A stretch of DNA of 64,000 nt, from the IMG/VR virus record IMGVR_UViG_3300044991_001301; one strand, 5' to 3'. The notes below the pieces were generated by a model, which was not told where the DNA came from, made no database searches, and was given only the letters and a program-made list of their open reading frames with translations. How positions within the stretch are numbered: the first letter of the stretch is position 1; each line of letters opens with the position of its first letter. Source of the DNA: a virus. Both the position numbers and the translations under genes were made by a program. Of the stretch, positions 46,158 to 55,779 are shown piece after piece.

Positions 46158-48560
46158 TTAGAATTCCCTTCCGCCTTCTGCCGGAGCATATGTTGTATTA
46201 CTACTTTGCCCGTCATCCGATGCAACGTACGGATTTAATGCGTCACCGGTGGCTGTTGTCAACTGAGTAGATGCAGGTGCATTTTGTAGTGCGTTAAAGT
46301 TAGTAGTTATTGTTGAGGTAAATCTACTTATTGCATTCCCCACACTGGTAACAGCACTCTTTAAGAATCCGGTAGTTGCGATTGGTGTAGCAACTACCGT
46401 TGGTGAAGTACTCCGTAAGTCAGTATTGATACCCAACAAACCCAAATCAGCTACACGGCCTTCTCCAGTACTGGCAGCATCTGCTGTTGCATCCACAAAT
46501 TGTGCCATAGAACATTCAAGAACCTGAGTGAATTTACCACCACTAAAGTTACTCACGACCTCTAGTACCATATAAACGATGCCGCCACCTCGCGCATTAA
46601 CTTCTCGTTGAATACTTGCGGGATATTTAATAAATGATATTCTATTGTTTATGTTGAGCAAGCCAGTGGTATTGTTATAATCTGTTACTTCATTGAAATT
46701 AATCTCGATAAATACTTGTCCTCCATTTGGATTAATAGTAAACCCGTCACCACCATAAAATTGATTATATACTTGATTGATGCTAGTAGGAGCTTCATTC
46801 ATTAAGAAATCCGGGTCACCTAATATAGTAATTTTTGCTTTAGCAAACGAGGAAGGGTCCAGTAAACTATTAATGTATGAGTTTTGTGCCTCCATTCCAT
46901 CGCTCAGTTTGTTTAGTCTAGAACCCGGCTGTCTCTGCCCACTTACCAGAGGGATCTCATCACTTCCTCCGGTGGCGGCTCCCGTATTATCTAGTTCGGG
47001 TATGTATAAGTTGTCTAACACGACATTATAATACAGATTGTCTAATGTTTGCTCGTAATTGATAACCTCAGAATTTTTTCCAGTGAACCAATAGTCATAT
47101 CGTTTACAAGGACCGTAATATGATCCGGCTTTTTTTGCAAAGGCGCTGCCAACTACTACCGGAGTTTCATACGGTTGAATAACATATGTGATGTTGTATG
47201 CAAAGTCTTTCGAAACTGAATCCCATCTAGGATTAGTTACTTCAGCCGCAACATTATACCATTTAATAGTTGCCGCCTTTCCCGGTGGAACGATAATATC
47301 CTCCTTTGGATTTTCTGTATCTGGTTCAAGGTTAGTTTTGATGACTACCTTCAAGGCATCTTCTAAATATGAGCTTTGTGCAATAATTTGGCTTATTGCT
47401 TGTAGAATAGGGGTAGCATCTTTAAATACAATTTGCCGTTTATTAAGATTAGGAACAGTAGTTACTTCTAATGTTGGATTGACCTCTCCAATATTTTTTG
47501 CCGCGCCCATAGCTATTTTCGACTTGTCTAAGTCAGCTTTGCTAATAATAGATGCATTCTTAATAAACGCAACGTCATCACCGATGTATCGAATGCTATA
47601 AATATTTTTTTCAATATTAGACAGAATACTTTGGTCTTTATTTAATTTGGCAATTAGGCCATCCGGACCCATAAATGCATCATCTACCGTTTTGGCAATT
47701 ATTTTAGTATTTGTATTAATAAATCCTCTTTTAGTACCGTAGGCCTCCGTGGACGCTACGGCACTAGCGGCAATATTGTATGTAGTTACCCTGCCGTCTA
47801 GCTTAAATTTAATAGAGGTAATCTTAATATCATAAAATCTTTCAAATACACCATGACTAGTACCAGATGGGTCAAATGTGTCTTGTGAAAAGACTTCCTT
47901 TCCGGTAATCAGTTTGCCGGAAGCATCGTACCCCAAGAAACCTAGTCGTAAGATGAAAAAATCTCTTGATGGGTTATCTGGTAATTTTTTATTTTTACTA
48001 TAAGATTGGATTGCGTCTCCGGCTTGCCTCAACTTGGAAATGAATGAAAAGCCATATGGTTCATAAATTGTAAAACTCATCACAGTTACATTAGATTGAG
48101 TCCCTGTTGACTTTCCGCTAGTAGCCGTATTAATTTTTAAATTATCGATGTAATAGTCCAAATTCCCGGCAAGACTCATTGAAGTTTGATTGTTTATCCC
48201 GCCACTTTGCGCAACGAGATACGCTCCGCCGCTGCCACTATTATTTCGATCGGCCAGTGCGTTTAAATTCTTCCTACCAGAATTGATAAACGAAGTATAT
48301 GCGTCCGGAGTTACCATAAACAATGCTATATTATAGGTGTAGCTTGAAAAATTTCCTAAAGGATTGAAGAGTCTTCTACCAGGAATCTTCTTAGCGGACG
48401 CGGCTGCAGTTCCGGCTTTGCCAGCCTGTGTTGTTCCGGCATTGACAGCGGCGCTAGTCGCTGCTTGATTAATTGGTTGTCGTTGTAAGCGGGCTGCTTC
48501 AACCTTATCATAACTGTTGTCGTCATTCGCAGAACCTGTTAATGCATTATCGGCCGGCAT
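46158..48560 (-). CDS. Baseplate hub-like tail protein (gp27-like position)
   Basis: NPLGNFSSYTY, FTIYEPYG, ITILGDPDF, FSGGKFTQVLE; lies between gp53-like and gp5-like genes. Confidence 0.6.
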   Translation of the reverse strand: MPADNALTGSANDDNSYDKVEAARLQRQPINQAATSAAVNAGTTQAGKAGTAAASAKKIPGRRLFNPLGNFSSYTYNIALFMVTPDAYTSFINSGRKNLNALADRNNSGSGGAYLVAQSGGINNQTSMSLAGNLDYYIDNLKINTATSGKSTGTQSNVTVMSFTIYEPYGFSFISKLRQAGDAIQSYSKNKKLPDNPSRDFFILRLGFLGYDASGKLITGKEVFSQDTFDPSGTSHGVFERFYDIKITSIKFKLDGRVTTYNIAASAVASTEAYGTKRGFINTNTKIIAKTVDDAFMGPDGLIAKLNKDQSILSNIEKNIYSIRYIGDDVAFIKNASIISKADLDKSKIAMGAAKNIGEVNPTLEVTTVPNLNKRQIVFKDATPILQAISQIIAQSSYLEDALKVVIKTNLEPDTENPKEDIIVPPGKAATIKWYNVAAEVTNPRWDSVSKDFAYNITYVIQPYETPVVVGSAFAKKAGSYYGPCKRYDYWFTGKNSEVINYEQTLDNLYYNVVLDNLYIPELDNTGAATGGSDEIPLVSGQRQPGSRLNKLSDGMEAQNSYINSLLDPSSFAKAKITILGDPDFLMNEAPTSINQVYNQFYGGDGFTINPNGGQVFIEINFNEVTDYNNTTGLLNINNRISFIKYPASIQREVNARGGGIVYMVLEVVSNFSGGKFTQVLECSMAQFVDATADAASTGEGRVADLGLLGINTDLRSTSPTVVATPIATTGFLKSAVTSVGNAISRFTSTITTNFNALQNAPASTQLTTATGDALNPYVASDDGQSSNTTYAPAEGGREF

Positions 48561-48872
48561 TTATATCCCCAACACTTGTGTTAACGTGGATAATTTTGGA
48601 ATATAAATTCCAACACCTACTACAAAGTCAAAGAAGGGATCGGGCAATGAGTTTGGATTTCTCTGCGCAAATACCCACCATAATCTAGAATCGCTGTATA
48701 AGTCAAATGCCAGTAAGTCAGGACGGTACTCGTATACTTGTGTTATAGTCCAATATACATCGGACGGCTGCATTGGTAACGGTCGATTAATCATCACATC
48801 TAAAAATTTTTCATTCACTACGTCAGTATTGTAATACGGACTAGCTGCTGAATATAAATTATTGTTTGCCAT
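48561..48872 (-). CDS. gp53: Baseplate wedge protein, LysM-like (T4 gp53-like)
   Basis: YRPDLLAFDLYSDSRLWWVFAQRN; start probably the ATG at 48872 (TAATG coupling). Confidence 0.8.
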   Translation of the reverse strand: MANNNLYSAASPYYNTDVVNEKFLDVMINRPLPMQPSDVYWTITQVYEYRPDLLAFDLYSDSRLWWVFAQRNPNSLPDPFFDFVVGVGIYIPKLSTLTQVLGI

Positions 48873-50890
48873 TACCAAATACCTCCGCCTGACGGTCGAT
48901 GTGTTAATTCACCGGTTGCATATTTCTTCAAACTAAAGTTGTTGCTTATATCGTTGCGAGTAACAATTGGTATTGCTGATATTTGTATTGACATTTTTGT
49001 GGGTACATATGTTGGGTCAATCGTGCCAGCAGGTGTATTCTGAAATACAGGTGGGGCGGCAAGTCCACCAGCTTGAAGCCCTGCAGCTTGCCGCCTATCA
49101 TTTCCTACTGAGTTTGTGTTAGATGGTATATTTGCAGGATCTTTACTAACACCCGCTTCCGTTGAGGTGTTAGATGCGCGAATATAATCTACGTCTGTCG
49201 GTAGAGAATAGTTGAATGCAGTAATAGCTATAGGATGTCTATCAAATTGAAATGCCCCCAACCCTGTCAAATAGCACAGTGGGGGTGGCACCCCGGGCTT
49301 TGGATTTTGATCCTGGCCATAAAACATTTTTGTAATCGATCTAAAAAAGTGTATTACTGCTAGTAAATAATTTGCCTCGTATGTATCCTGCGCTGTAAAA
49401 TCACAACTAATCGATATGCTATCCACACTACTGTTTTTATATTGAAATATCTTATAGTTGCTGTGAGTTATATCGCTAGCGTCATAATGCGCAGCATATG
49501 CTACTTGTATTGACGGGGTATAGGGGAAGATGATGCCATCAGTTGCTATTAGAGGTTTCAGTATTCCAACCACTGTTTTGGCTTTGTATAGATAGTCGCT
49601 ATAATCCCCTGGTGCTAGCTGAAGTTTAACTCGCCAGTCTTTTCTTAAATTGAAGTTTACAACATCCTGCGTAGTAGCTTGTGCCTGTGCGTTATTTTTA
49701 GCGGCTTGTAATCCTCTACTTGATCCAGTGGCTCCGGGATCAGTATTAATCCCTAGCTCACCCAAAGCAGCGGCTTCCTGTGCTGCTACTTGATCAGTGT
49801 TGATACCCAGTTCACCCAAATCAGCTTGTTTTTGTGCTTGAATTACTTGGTCAGTATTAATCCCTAATTCACCGAGTTCGGCGTTTCGTTGTGCTTGAAT
49901 AACCTCTTCGGTCTGCGCAGTATTGATTCCCAACTCACCCAGATCAGCATCACGCTGTGCCTGCACTAAATCAGCCGCTGTTTTATCTGTGTTAATGCCC
50001 AGTTCACCTAGATCAGCATTCTGTTGTGCTTGGACTAAATTAGCAGCAGTTTGATCAGTGTTGACACCTAGTTCACCCAGATCAGCGTCCTTCTGTGCTT
50101 GAGCTAAATTATCTGCGGTTTGATCAGTGTTGATACCAAGCTCACCTAAATCAGCTTGTTTTTGTGCCTCAGCAATAGCAACTTGATCTGAATTTAAACC
50201 CAACTCACCTAGATCGGCATCTTTTTGAGCTTGTATAGTTGCTGGAGATGGATTTATCGCATCAAACTCAGCTTGATTTTGTGCTTTGATTGTGCCTGCA
50301 TCAGCTTGATTTGCTTCTAACAATCGTTGCTGTTCAGCCGATATCGGTATGGTAGCTGGTGTAGCAGTAGTAGTCGGTGTATTGGCTGCTTGTGGTACAG
50401 GCGACGGGTTTTGACTATCAGGTACTTGTGCAGGTGGATTTATTGAGGCAGTGTAACCCGGTGGTGGGGTAAAGGTGTTAGTGCCGGGGGGGACAGCGCC
50501 GGCCGCTTCAAGATTACTAATTGCAGTTTGAGAAGTTTGTATTGCCTCTTCTCCTCTTTGAATCACACCAACTAACCTGTCAGCTTGTCCATTTAGGTCT
50601 GAACGTTTTGCTTGAAGTTCCTCATATGTAGCTTGTAATGCAGCCGCATTTGGATCACCTTGTGCCACTGCTGTCGCTGCCGCAGTTCTAGCCGCTCTTA
50701 CAGTTGCATATGAATAAGGGCCGTTAGTTTGATCTTGAATTTGGGCAAGAGTCGCTTTATTTTCTATTAATCTGGATTGGACTGATGATAGATTTTGATT
50801 CATTGTTAGAAGCGCATTACTTCTATCCAATGGCGTTAGCTGAGTTTGTACAAACGCAGGATCAGTTAAATTTTGCGGTGTCCATGCCAT
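48872..50890 (-). CDS. Tail tube initiator/baseplate cap-like protein (gp48/gp54-like) with an internal repeat array
   Basis: C-terminal FPYTPSI...FTAQ...PPPLCYL...LPTDVDY domain; N-terminal coiled coil; 8 ADLGELGINTD repeats. Confidence 0.6.
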   Translation of the reverse strand: MAWTPQNLTDPAFVQTQLTPLDRSNALLTMNQNLSSVQSRLIENKATLAQIQDQTNGPYSYATVRAARTAAATAVAQGDPNAAALQATYEELQAKRSDLNGQADRLVGVIQRGEEAIQTSQTAISNLEAAGAVPPGTNTFTPPPGYTASINPPAQVPDSQNPSPVPQAANTPTTTATPATIPISAEQQRLLEANQADAGTIKAQNQAEFDAINPSPATIQAQKDADLGELGLNSDQVAIAEAQKQADLGELGINTDQTADNLAQAQKDADLGELGVNTDQTAANLVQAQQNADLGELGINTDKTAADLVQAQRDADLGELGINTAQTEEVIQAQRNAELGELGINTDQVIQAQKQADLGELGINTDQVAAQEAAALGELGINTDPGATGSSRGLQAAKNNAQAQATTQDVVNFNLRKDWRVKLQLAPGDYSDYLYKAKTVVGILKPLIATDGIIFPYTPSIQVAYAAHYDASDITHSNYKIFQYKNSSVDSISISCDFTAQDTYEANYLLAVIHFFRSITKMFYGQDQNPKPGVPPPLCYLTGLGAFQFDRHPIAITAFNYSLPTDVDYIRASNTSTEAGVSKDPANIPSNTNSVGNDRRQAAGLQAGGLAAPPVFQNTPAGTIDPTYVPTKMSIQISAIPIVTRNDISNNFSLKKYATGELTHRPSGGGIW
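49739..50240 (-). repeat. Coding tandem repeat, 8 degenerate copies of (Q)AQxxADLGELGINTD
   Basis: Visible in both protein and DNA; synonymous divergence between copies and variable linker lengths. Confidence 0.9.
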
Positions 50891-50980
50891 AATATGTTGT
50901 TATCCTTAATTATACTTATCGTTAAATAATACGCTCTTCACCCAAAATAGATTGACACTAGGTATTTCCACCGTATTGCT

Positions 50981-50997
50981 TATTTATCTGATAAATA
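50981..50997. promoter_or_regulatory. Back-to-back late promoter pair (palindromic tatttatc-t-gataaata)
   Basis: ATAAATA on - at 50981-50987 and on + at 50991-50997, between the divergent baseplate operon and gp55. Confidence 0.55.
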
Positions 50998-51020
50998 TAC
51001 AGCCCCTTTTACTTTATCGG

Positions 51021-51049
51021 TTGCTATTCATAGCCGATTGTGCTACAAT
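51021..51049 (+). promoter_or_regulatory. Sigma70-type promoter for gp55
   Basis: TTGCTA-N17-TACAAT with extended TGn; SD AAGGA before ATG 51076. Confidence 0.6.
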
Positions 51050-51075
51050 AGTAGAATGCTATTCATAAGGAATCT

Positions 51076-51984
51076 ATGTCATTAATCCCAACGCCTGCAC
51101 CAAAGAAAAAAAACTATTTAAATAACCGGGATATCCTAAAAGAAATCCACGAAAGCAAAACGACATATTGTCATTTTACAAAACCCGAATATCACCGATA
51201 TGACCTAATCGTTGATCTACCACTCACTTCTATTGAAAATAGTTTTGAATATGCTTTCAGCGAAGATGCTATCACGCTTGCTAAAGAAACCAGGGCATCT
51301 AGGTTAAGTGTGGATTCTGGTGTTAAAGTAGATCCATCAGAAATTCCCGTCACTGACTTGGTATTTCGTGTAATGACTTGGGATCACGTTCCGGTAGCTG
51401 TTAAACAACCCAGAAAAACAGTTAAAAAGAAAACAGCAAAAGATATATTTGAGTTCAATGAGATAGATCCTAGTGAGGTTTTTGCCGATTTAGAGGATCC
51501 TGTCACTAAAGCTGAAGTAGATGATATGGTTCACGTTAAGGTAAATTTCCCTCCGTTCCAACACTACAAAATTGATGAGAATAACTCTTTCTACTGCGTT
51601 GGTAAATCACATTGGCAAGGTTCATTAAACGAGGGTGCCTTCTCCAAAGATCACGGCAAAATTACTAATACACTCGCCCGTATGTATATTATGATGTGTG
51701 AAAAATACGCTATGAAATATAATTGGCGTGGTTATACATATAATGATGAAATGCGTAACTCAGCAATCCTTCAGTTAACTTATGTGGGTCTTAGATTTAA
51801 TGAGGCCAAATCAGCTAACCCATTTGCTTACTACACCGCAGCCATCACTAATAGTTTTTGTAGGGTTTTGAATACTGAAAAACGAAATCAGAATATTCGG
51901 GATGATATCTTGGAAATCGCAGGTTTAAATCCCAGTTGGTCTAGACAATCAGCCGGCAGTCAAAGCGGGCAATATGAAGAGTAA
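51076..51984 (+). CDS. gp55: Late-transcription sigma factor (T4 gp55-like)
   Basis: NYLNNRDILKEI, NWRGYTYNDEM, FNEAKSANPFAYYT; precedes gp47/gp46 as in T4-like phages. Confidence 0.9.
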   Translation: MSLIPTPAPKKKNYLNNRDILKEIHESKTTYCHFTKPEYHRYDLIVDLPLTSIENSFEYAFSEDAITLAKETRASRLSVDSGVKVDPSEIPVTDLVFRVMTWDHVPVAVKQPRKTVKKKTAKDIFEFNEIDPSEVFADLEDPVTKAEVDDMVHVKVNFPPFQHYKIDENNSFYCVGKSHWQGSLNEGAFSKDHGKITNTLARMYIMMCEKYAMKYNWRGYTYNDEMRNSAILQLTYVGLRFNEAKSANPFAYYTAAITNSFCRVLNTEKRNQNIRDDILEIAGLNPSWSRQSAGSQSGQYEE

Positions 51985-52004
51985 TTAACTTAATTTTATG
52001 CCAC

Positions 52005-52032
52005 ATTACGGATTGGTATACCAATCCGTAAT
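52005..52032. repeat. Perfect 28-bp palindrome between gp55 and gp47
   Basis: attacggattggta|taccaatccgtaat. Confidence 0.9.
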
Positions 52033-52042
52033 CCCAATAGTG

Positions 52043-52071
52043 TTGTATTCTAGCTAGCTTGGTAGTATAAT
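52043..52071 (+). promoter_or_regulatory. Sigma70-type promoter for gp47 (likely leaderless)
   Basis: TTGTAT-N17-TATAAT, 5 nt before ATG 52077, no SD. Confidence 0.65.
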
Positions 52072-52076
52072 ATCGT

Positions 52077-53090
52077 ATGTCAAATTTATTTAAAAAAGCC
52101 GCAATATTTACTGATGTGCATTTTGGTGCCAAAAGTAATAGCCTAGTTCATAATCAGGATTGCGCCCAATTTGTCGATTGGTTCATAGCAAAAGCCAAAA
52201 AAGAGGGTTGCGAAACTTGCTTCTTTTTAGGTGATTGGAATCACCATAGAGCAAGTATTAATATCCATACGCTTCAATTTGGATTGCAAGCATTGGAAAA
52301 ATTGAACAATGCGTTTGACCAAGTATTTTTTATTCCAGGAAACCATGATCTCTACTATCGTGATCGCAGGGATATCCATTCCATTGAATGGGCCAAGCAT
52401 TTACCAAATGTCACTATCGTTAATGACTTTTTTAAACAAGGAGATGTTAGTATCGTTCCTTGGTTGGTGCAAGATGATTACAAAAAGCTAAAGAAGCTGT
52501 CAGGTAAATATTTATTCGGTCATTTGGAACTGCCTCATTTCCATATGAACGCGATGATAGCTATGCCTGATCACGGGGAGATAAATGAATCCCATCTTTC
52601 TGGATTTGACCAAGCTTTCTCGGGTCATTTTCATAAACGGCAGGCTCGTAAAAACATCTGGTACATTGGGAACGCATTCCCTCATAATTATGCCGACGCA
52701 GGCGATGATGCTAGAGGAATGATGATATTGGATTGGGGTCAAGATCCAGTATTTCATAGTTGGCCAAGACAACCTTTGTTTAGAGTGTATAAACTTAGCG
52801 AAGTTCTTGAAAACCCTGAAGGATTGCTGTTGATAGATAGTCACGTTAGGGTACACCTTGACATTGATATATCGTATGAAGAGGCAAACTTTCTTAGAGA
52901 AACATTGATACCGGAACATAAATTGAGAGAAATGACATTGATTCCTATTAAAGGTGAACAAACTGAGCAAACAACTGGCGGAACACTACAATTTGAATCG
53001 GTAGATCAAATTGTGCTGGAAAGCATTAATGCTATTGAAAGTGAAGCTTTTGACAAAAGGCTTTTGTTGGACATCTACAATAATCTATAA
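52077..53090 (+). CDS. gp47: Recombination endonuclease subunit (Mre11/SbcD-like)
   Basis: Metallophosphoesterase motifs DVH, GDWNH, GNHD, GH, SGHFH. Confidence 0.95.
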   Translation: MSNLFKKAAIFTDVHFGAKSNSLVHNQDCAQFVDWFIAKAKKEGCETCFFLGDWNHHRASINIHTLQFGLQALEKLNNAFDQVFFIPGNHDLYYRDRRDIHSIEWAKHLPNVTIVNDFFKQGDVSIVPWLVQDDYKKLKKLSGKYLFGHLELPHFHMNAMIAMPDHGEINESHLSGFDQAFSGHFHKRQARKNIWYIGNAFPHNYADAGDDARGMMILDWGQDPVFHSWPRQPLFRVYKLSEVLENPEGLLLIDSHVRVHLDIDISYEEANFLRETLIPEHKLREMTLIPIKGEQTEQTTGGTLQFESVDQIVLESINAIESEAFDKRLLLDIYNNL

Positions 53091-53093
53091 GCT

Positions 53094-55178
53094 ATGGCAA
53101 TAATACTTAAAAACATCACCCTACGCAACTTTCTTTCAATTGGACAGGTAACGCAAGCAGTTAATTTTGACAGAACTGATCTAACGCTGATACTGGGAGA
53201 GAATCTAGACCTAGGCGGTGACGGAGCTAGAAATGGTACGGGTAAGACTTCTCTGATCCAAGGTCTTAGCTATGCGTTGTTTGGCGTACCCATCAATAGT
53301 ATCAGGAAGGACAACCTCGTCAATCGTACCAATAGTAAAGGTATGATGGTTACATTAGACTTCAGCGTTAATGGTACCGAATACAAGATTGAGCGTGGTC
53401 GAAAGCCTAACATCCTTAAATTCTATGTGAACAATGTTCAACAAAAAGTACAAGATGACGCTCAAGGAGAAAACAAAGAAACGCAAGTTGCCATTGAGCG
53501 GGTAATCAATATGTCAGCAGATATGTTTCGGCATATTGTTGCGTTGAATACTTATTCAGAGCCTTTCCTCGCGTTGAAGTCAAATGAGCAGCGAGATATC
53601 ATTGAACAGTTGCTTGGTATCACGCTGTTGTCGGAAAAAGCTGATGTCATCAAAGAAATGATTAGAAATTCTAAAGATGATATTCAGTCTGAAGAATTTA
53701 AAGTTAAAGCCATTGAAGAAGCCAATAAACGAGTCAAAGAACAAATTGAAAGTTTGAAGCGTAGACAGAGGCTTTGGCAAACAAAGCACGACAGCGACCT
53801 CTCTATCCTAGTCTCACAATACGATGAACTAAGTAAAATTGACATCGATGTTGAATTGCGGTCGCATAAAGACTTGATCGTCTATGAGCAAAATAAAAAG
53901 AAACAGGAACTGCGAGGATCGCTCCTAGCCAGGCAATTGGTTTGGAAGCAAAAACAAACGGCCGACATTGCTGAATTGGATCTAGAGTGGACTAACAAAA
54001 ATAAAATAGATATTATCGCAGAGCTAGCGGCTCATAAGGCATTGGCTCTCTATGTAAGCACAAAGGCGTCACTGGAAATAGTAACGCGGGCTATTGAAAC
54101 GCTTGAGACCAATCTAAAGAAAGAAAAGAAAACAGTAGATAAACTAGCAAAAGAGGTAAAAACGCTTGAGAATCATACCTGCTATGCCTGTGGTCAAGAT
54201 TTCCACGATGACAAGCACATTGAAGTGCTAGCTGAGAAAAAATCACTACATACTATGGCAGTGGCTGATCAGACTGCAATAGAAACAGAGCTAGTAGTGA
54301 AGAGGAAAGAAAGTTCCAAGTTAGGTAAATTGGGTGCGATGCCTGTCACTCATTATCAGAGCGAAGCAGAAGCTATTCGGCACAGTAGTGATACTGATAA
54401 TATCAAACAGAAAATTACTGCTAAACAAGGGGAAAGTGATCCTTATTCAGAGCAGTTAGTTGAGTATCCCGAAATTGAGTTGGGGACGATGCCAGTTACT
54501 ATCTATGAAACTGAGATAGAAGCGGTAGAACATAGAAGCACTGTATCTAATCTACTACAACAAATTACAAATAAAAGTGCTGATACCGACCCTTATAGTG
54601 AACAAGTAGTTGAGATGGAGAGTCAAACTCTACAAGAAATCAATTTTGCCACTATCAATCGGTTGACAAAGACGATGGAACATCAGAAGTTTTTACTTGA
54701 TTTGCTTTCAAGTAAAGATAGTTTTGTTCGGAAACGAATTATTGATCAAAATCTAAGTTATTTGAATACCAGATTGACGCATTATCTTGACAAAATTGGG
54801 TTGCCGCATCAAGTGGTATTTCAAAATGACCTGACTGTGGAGATTACTGAGTTGGGCAGGGACCTGGATTTTGATAATTTGTCAAGGGGAGAACGCAATA
54901 GATTGATTCTGGGATTGAGTTTTGCATTCCGAGATGTGTGGGAAAATCTATACCATCCCATCAACACCCTGTTTATTGATGAGCTTATTGATTCAGGATT
55001 AGACACCATGGGAGTTGAAAATGCTATTGCTATTCTTAAAGATATGAGTCGGCGTAGGCAGAAATCAATATGGTTAGTCAGTCATCGGGAAGAGTTGGCT
55101 GGGCGTGTACCTAGTGTTTTGAAGGTGATTAAAGAGGGCGGATTCACCTCGTATTCTTCAGCTTCGGACATGGAATAA
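53094..55178 (+). CDS. gp46: Recombination ATPase subunit (Rad50/SbcC-like)
   Basis: NFLSIG, Walker A NGTGKT, zinc hook CYAC, signature LSRGE, Walker B FIDE, VSH. Confidence 0.95.
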   Translation: MAIILKNITLRNFLSIGQVTQAVNFDRTDLTLILGENLDLGGDGARNGTGKTSLIQGLSYALFGVPINSIRKDNLVNRTNSKGMMVTLDFSVNGTEYKIERGRKPNILKFYVNNVQQKVQDDAQGENKETQVAIERVINMSADMFRHIVALNTYSEPFLALKSNEQRDIIEQLLGITLLSEKADVIKEMIRNSKDDIQSEEFKVKAIEEANKRVKEQIESLKRRQRLWQTKHDSDLSILVSQYDELSKIDIDVELRSHKDLIVYEQNKKKQELRGSLLARQLVWKQKQTADIAELDLEWTNKNKIDIIAELAAHKALALYVSTKASLEIVTRAIETLETNLKKEKKTVDKLAKEVKTLENHTCYACGQDFHDDKHIEVLAEKKSLHTMAVADQTAIETELVVKRKESSKLGKLGAMPVTHYQSEAEAIRHSSDTDNIKQKITAKQGESDPYSEQLVEYPEIELGTMPVTIYETEIEAVEHRSTVSNLLQQITNKSADTDPYSEQVVEMESQTLQEINFATINRLTKTMEHQKFLLDLLSSKDSFVRKRIIDQNLSYLNTRLTHYLDKIGLPHQVVFQNDLTVEITELGRDLDFDNLSRGERNRLILGLSFAFRDVWENLYHPINTLFIDELIDSGLDTMGVENAIAILKDMSRRRQKSIWLVSHREELAGRVPSVLKVIKEGGFTSYSSASDME

Positions 55179-55214
55179 ATTATAAATGCTCGAAAGCATA
55201 GCATAAGTATTAAT

Positions 55215-55766
55215 ATGACATCACCGCAGAAAGCAAAGGGATCTGGATTTGAAAGGGAAGTTGCGAAATTTCTCTCAACCTTGTATGGCGAAAGCTTTAT
55301 TAGGGCTCCAGGCTCAGGTGCTTATATCGGTGGTAAAAACCAGCATCGCACTACATTCTTACACGAAAATCAAGTTCGTTCTTTTAAGGGCGATATTGTA
55401 CCAGGTGAAAGCTTCTCTAAGATGAACATGGAGTGCAAATTTTATGCTGATTTTCCTTTTCATTTACTTCTATCAGGCGAATGTAAGATAATAAACGCCT
55501 GGATTGATCAATTGATGGAAGTTGCCGATATAGGTGACATAAATCTATTGTTTATGAAGTTCAACAGAAAAGGTCGTTATGTGGCTGTGCAATGCGGCCC
55601 CACTTGGATAACCGACAACTTTATTTATTATTCATCTAATAAGTTTGGAGATTGGTTAATCATAGAATTTGATGATTTTTTTAAACACAACAAAGACTTA
55701 CTTAAAACTTATTCATCAACCCCCACCGACACCAAGTCAATTTTAACAATCAACACCACCGTTTAA
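55215..55766 (+). CDS. Holliday junction resolvase-like PD-(D/E)xK nuclease (Hjc type)
   Basis: KAKGSGFEREVA...RAPGSGA...GDI...ECKFY; ATAAGTA promoter 5 nt upstream. Confidence 0.8.
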   Translation: MTSPQKAKGSGFEREVAKFLSTLYGESFIRAPGSGAYIGGKNQHRTTFLHENQVRSFKGDIVPGESFSKMNMECKFYADFPFHLLLSGECKIINAWIDQLMEVADIGDINLLFMKFNRKGRYVAVQCGPTWITDNFIYYSSNKFGDWLIIEFDDFFKHNKDLLKTYSSTPTDTKSILTINTTV

Positions 55767-55779
55767 AAAAATAACATTT

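Noticed and set aside
49739-50240. Repeat array with variable spacing that superficially resembles CRISPR
   Set aside because: The repeats are in-frame, degenerate at synonymous positions and inside a conserved CDS; the linkers are related to each other and there are no cas genes
42970-50660. Shared QGDP(Q/N)xAA motif in the gp5 C-terminus and the gp48/54-like N-terminus
   Set aside because: Too short and compositionally biased to distinguish from chance
50952-50980. TTGACA as a second sigma70 promoter for gp55
   Set aside because: No acceptable -10 hexamer at 16-18 nt spacing
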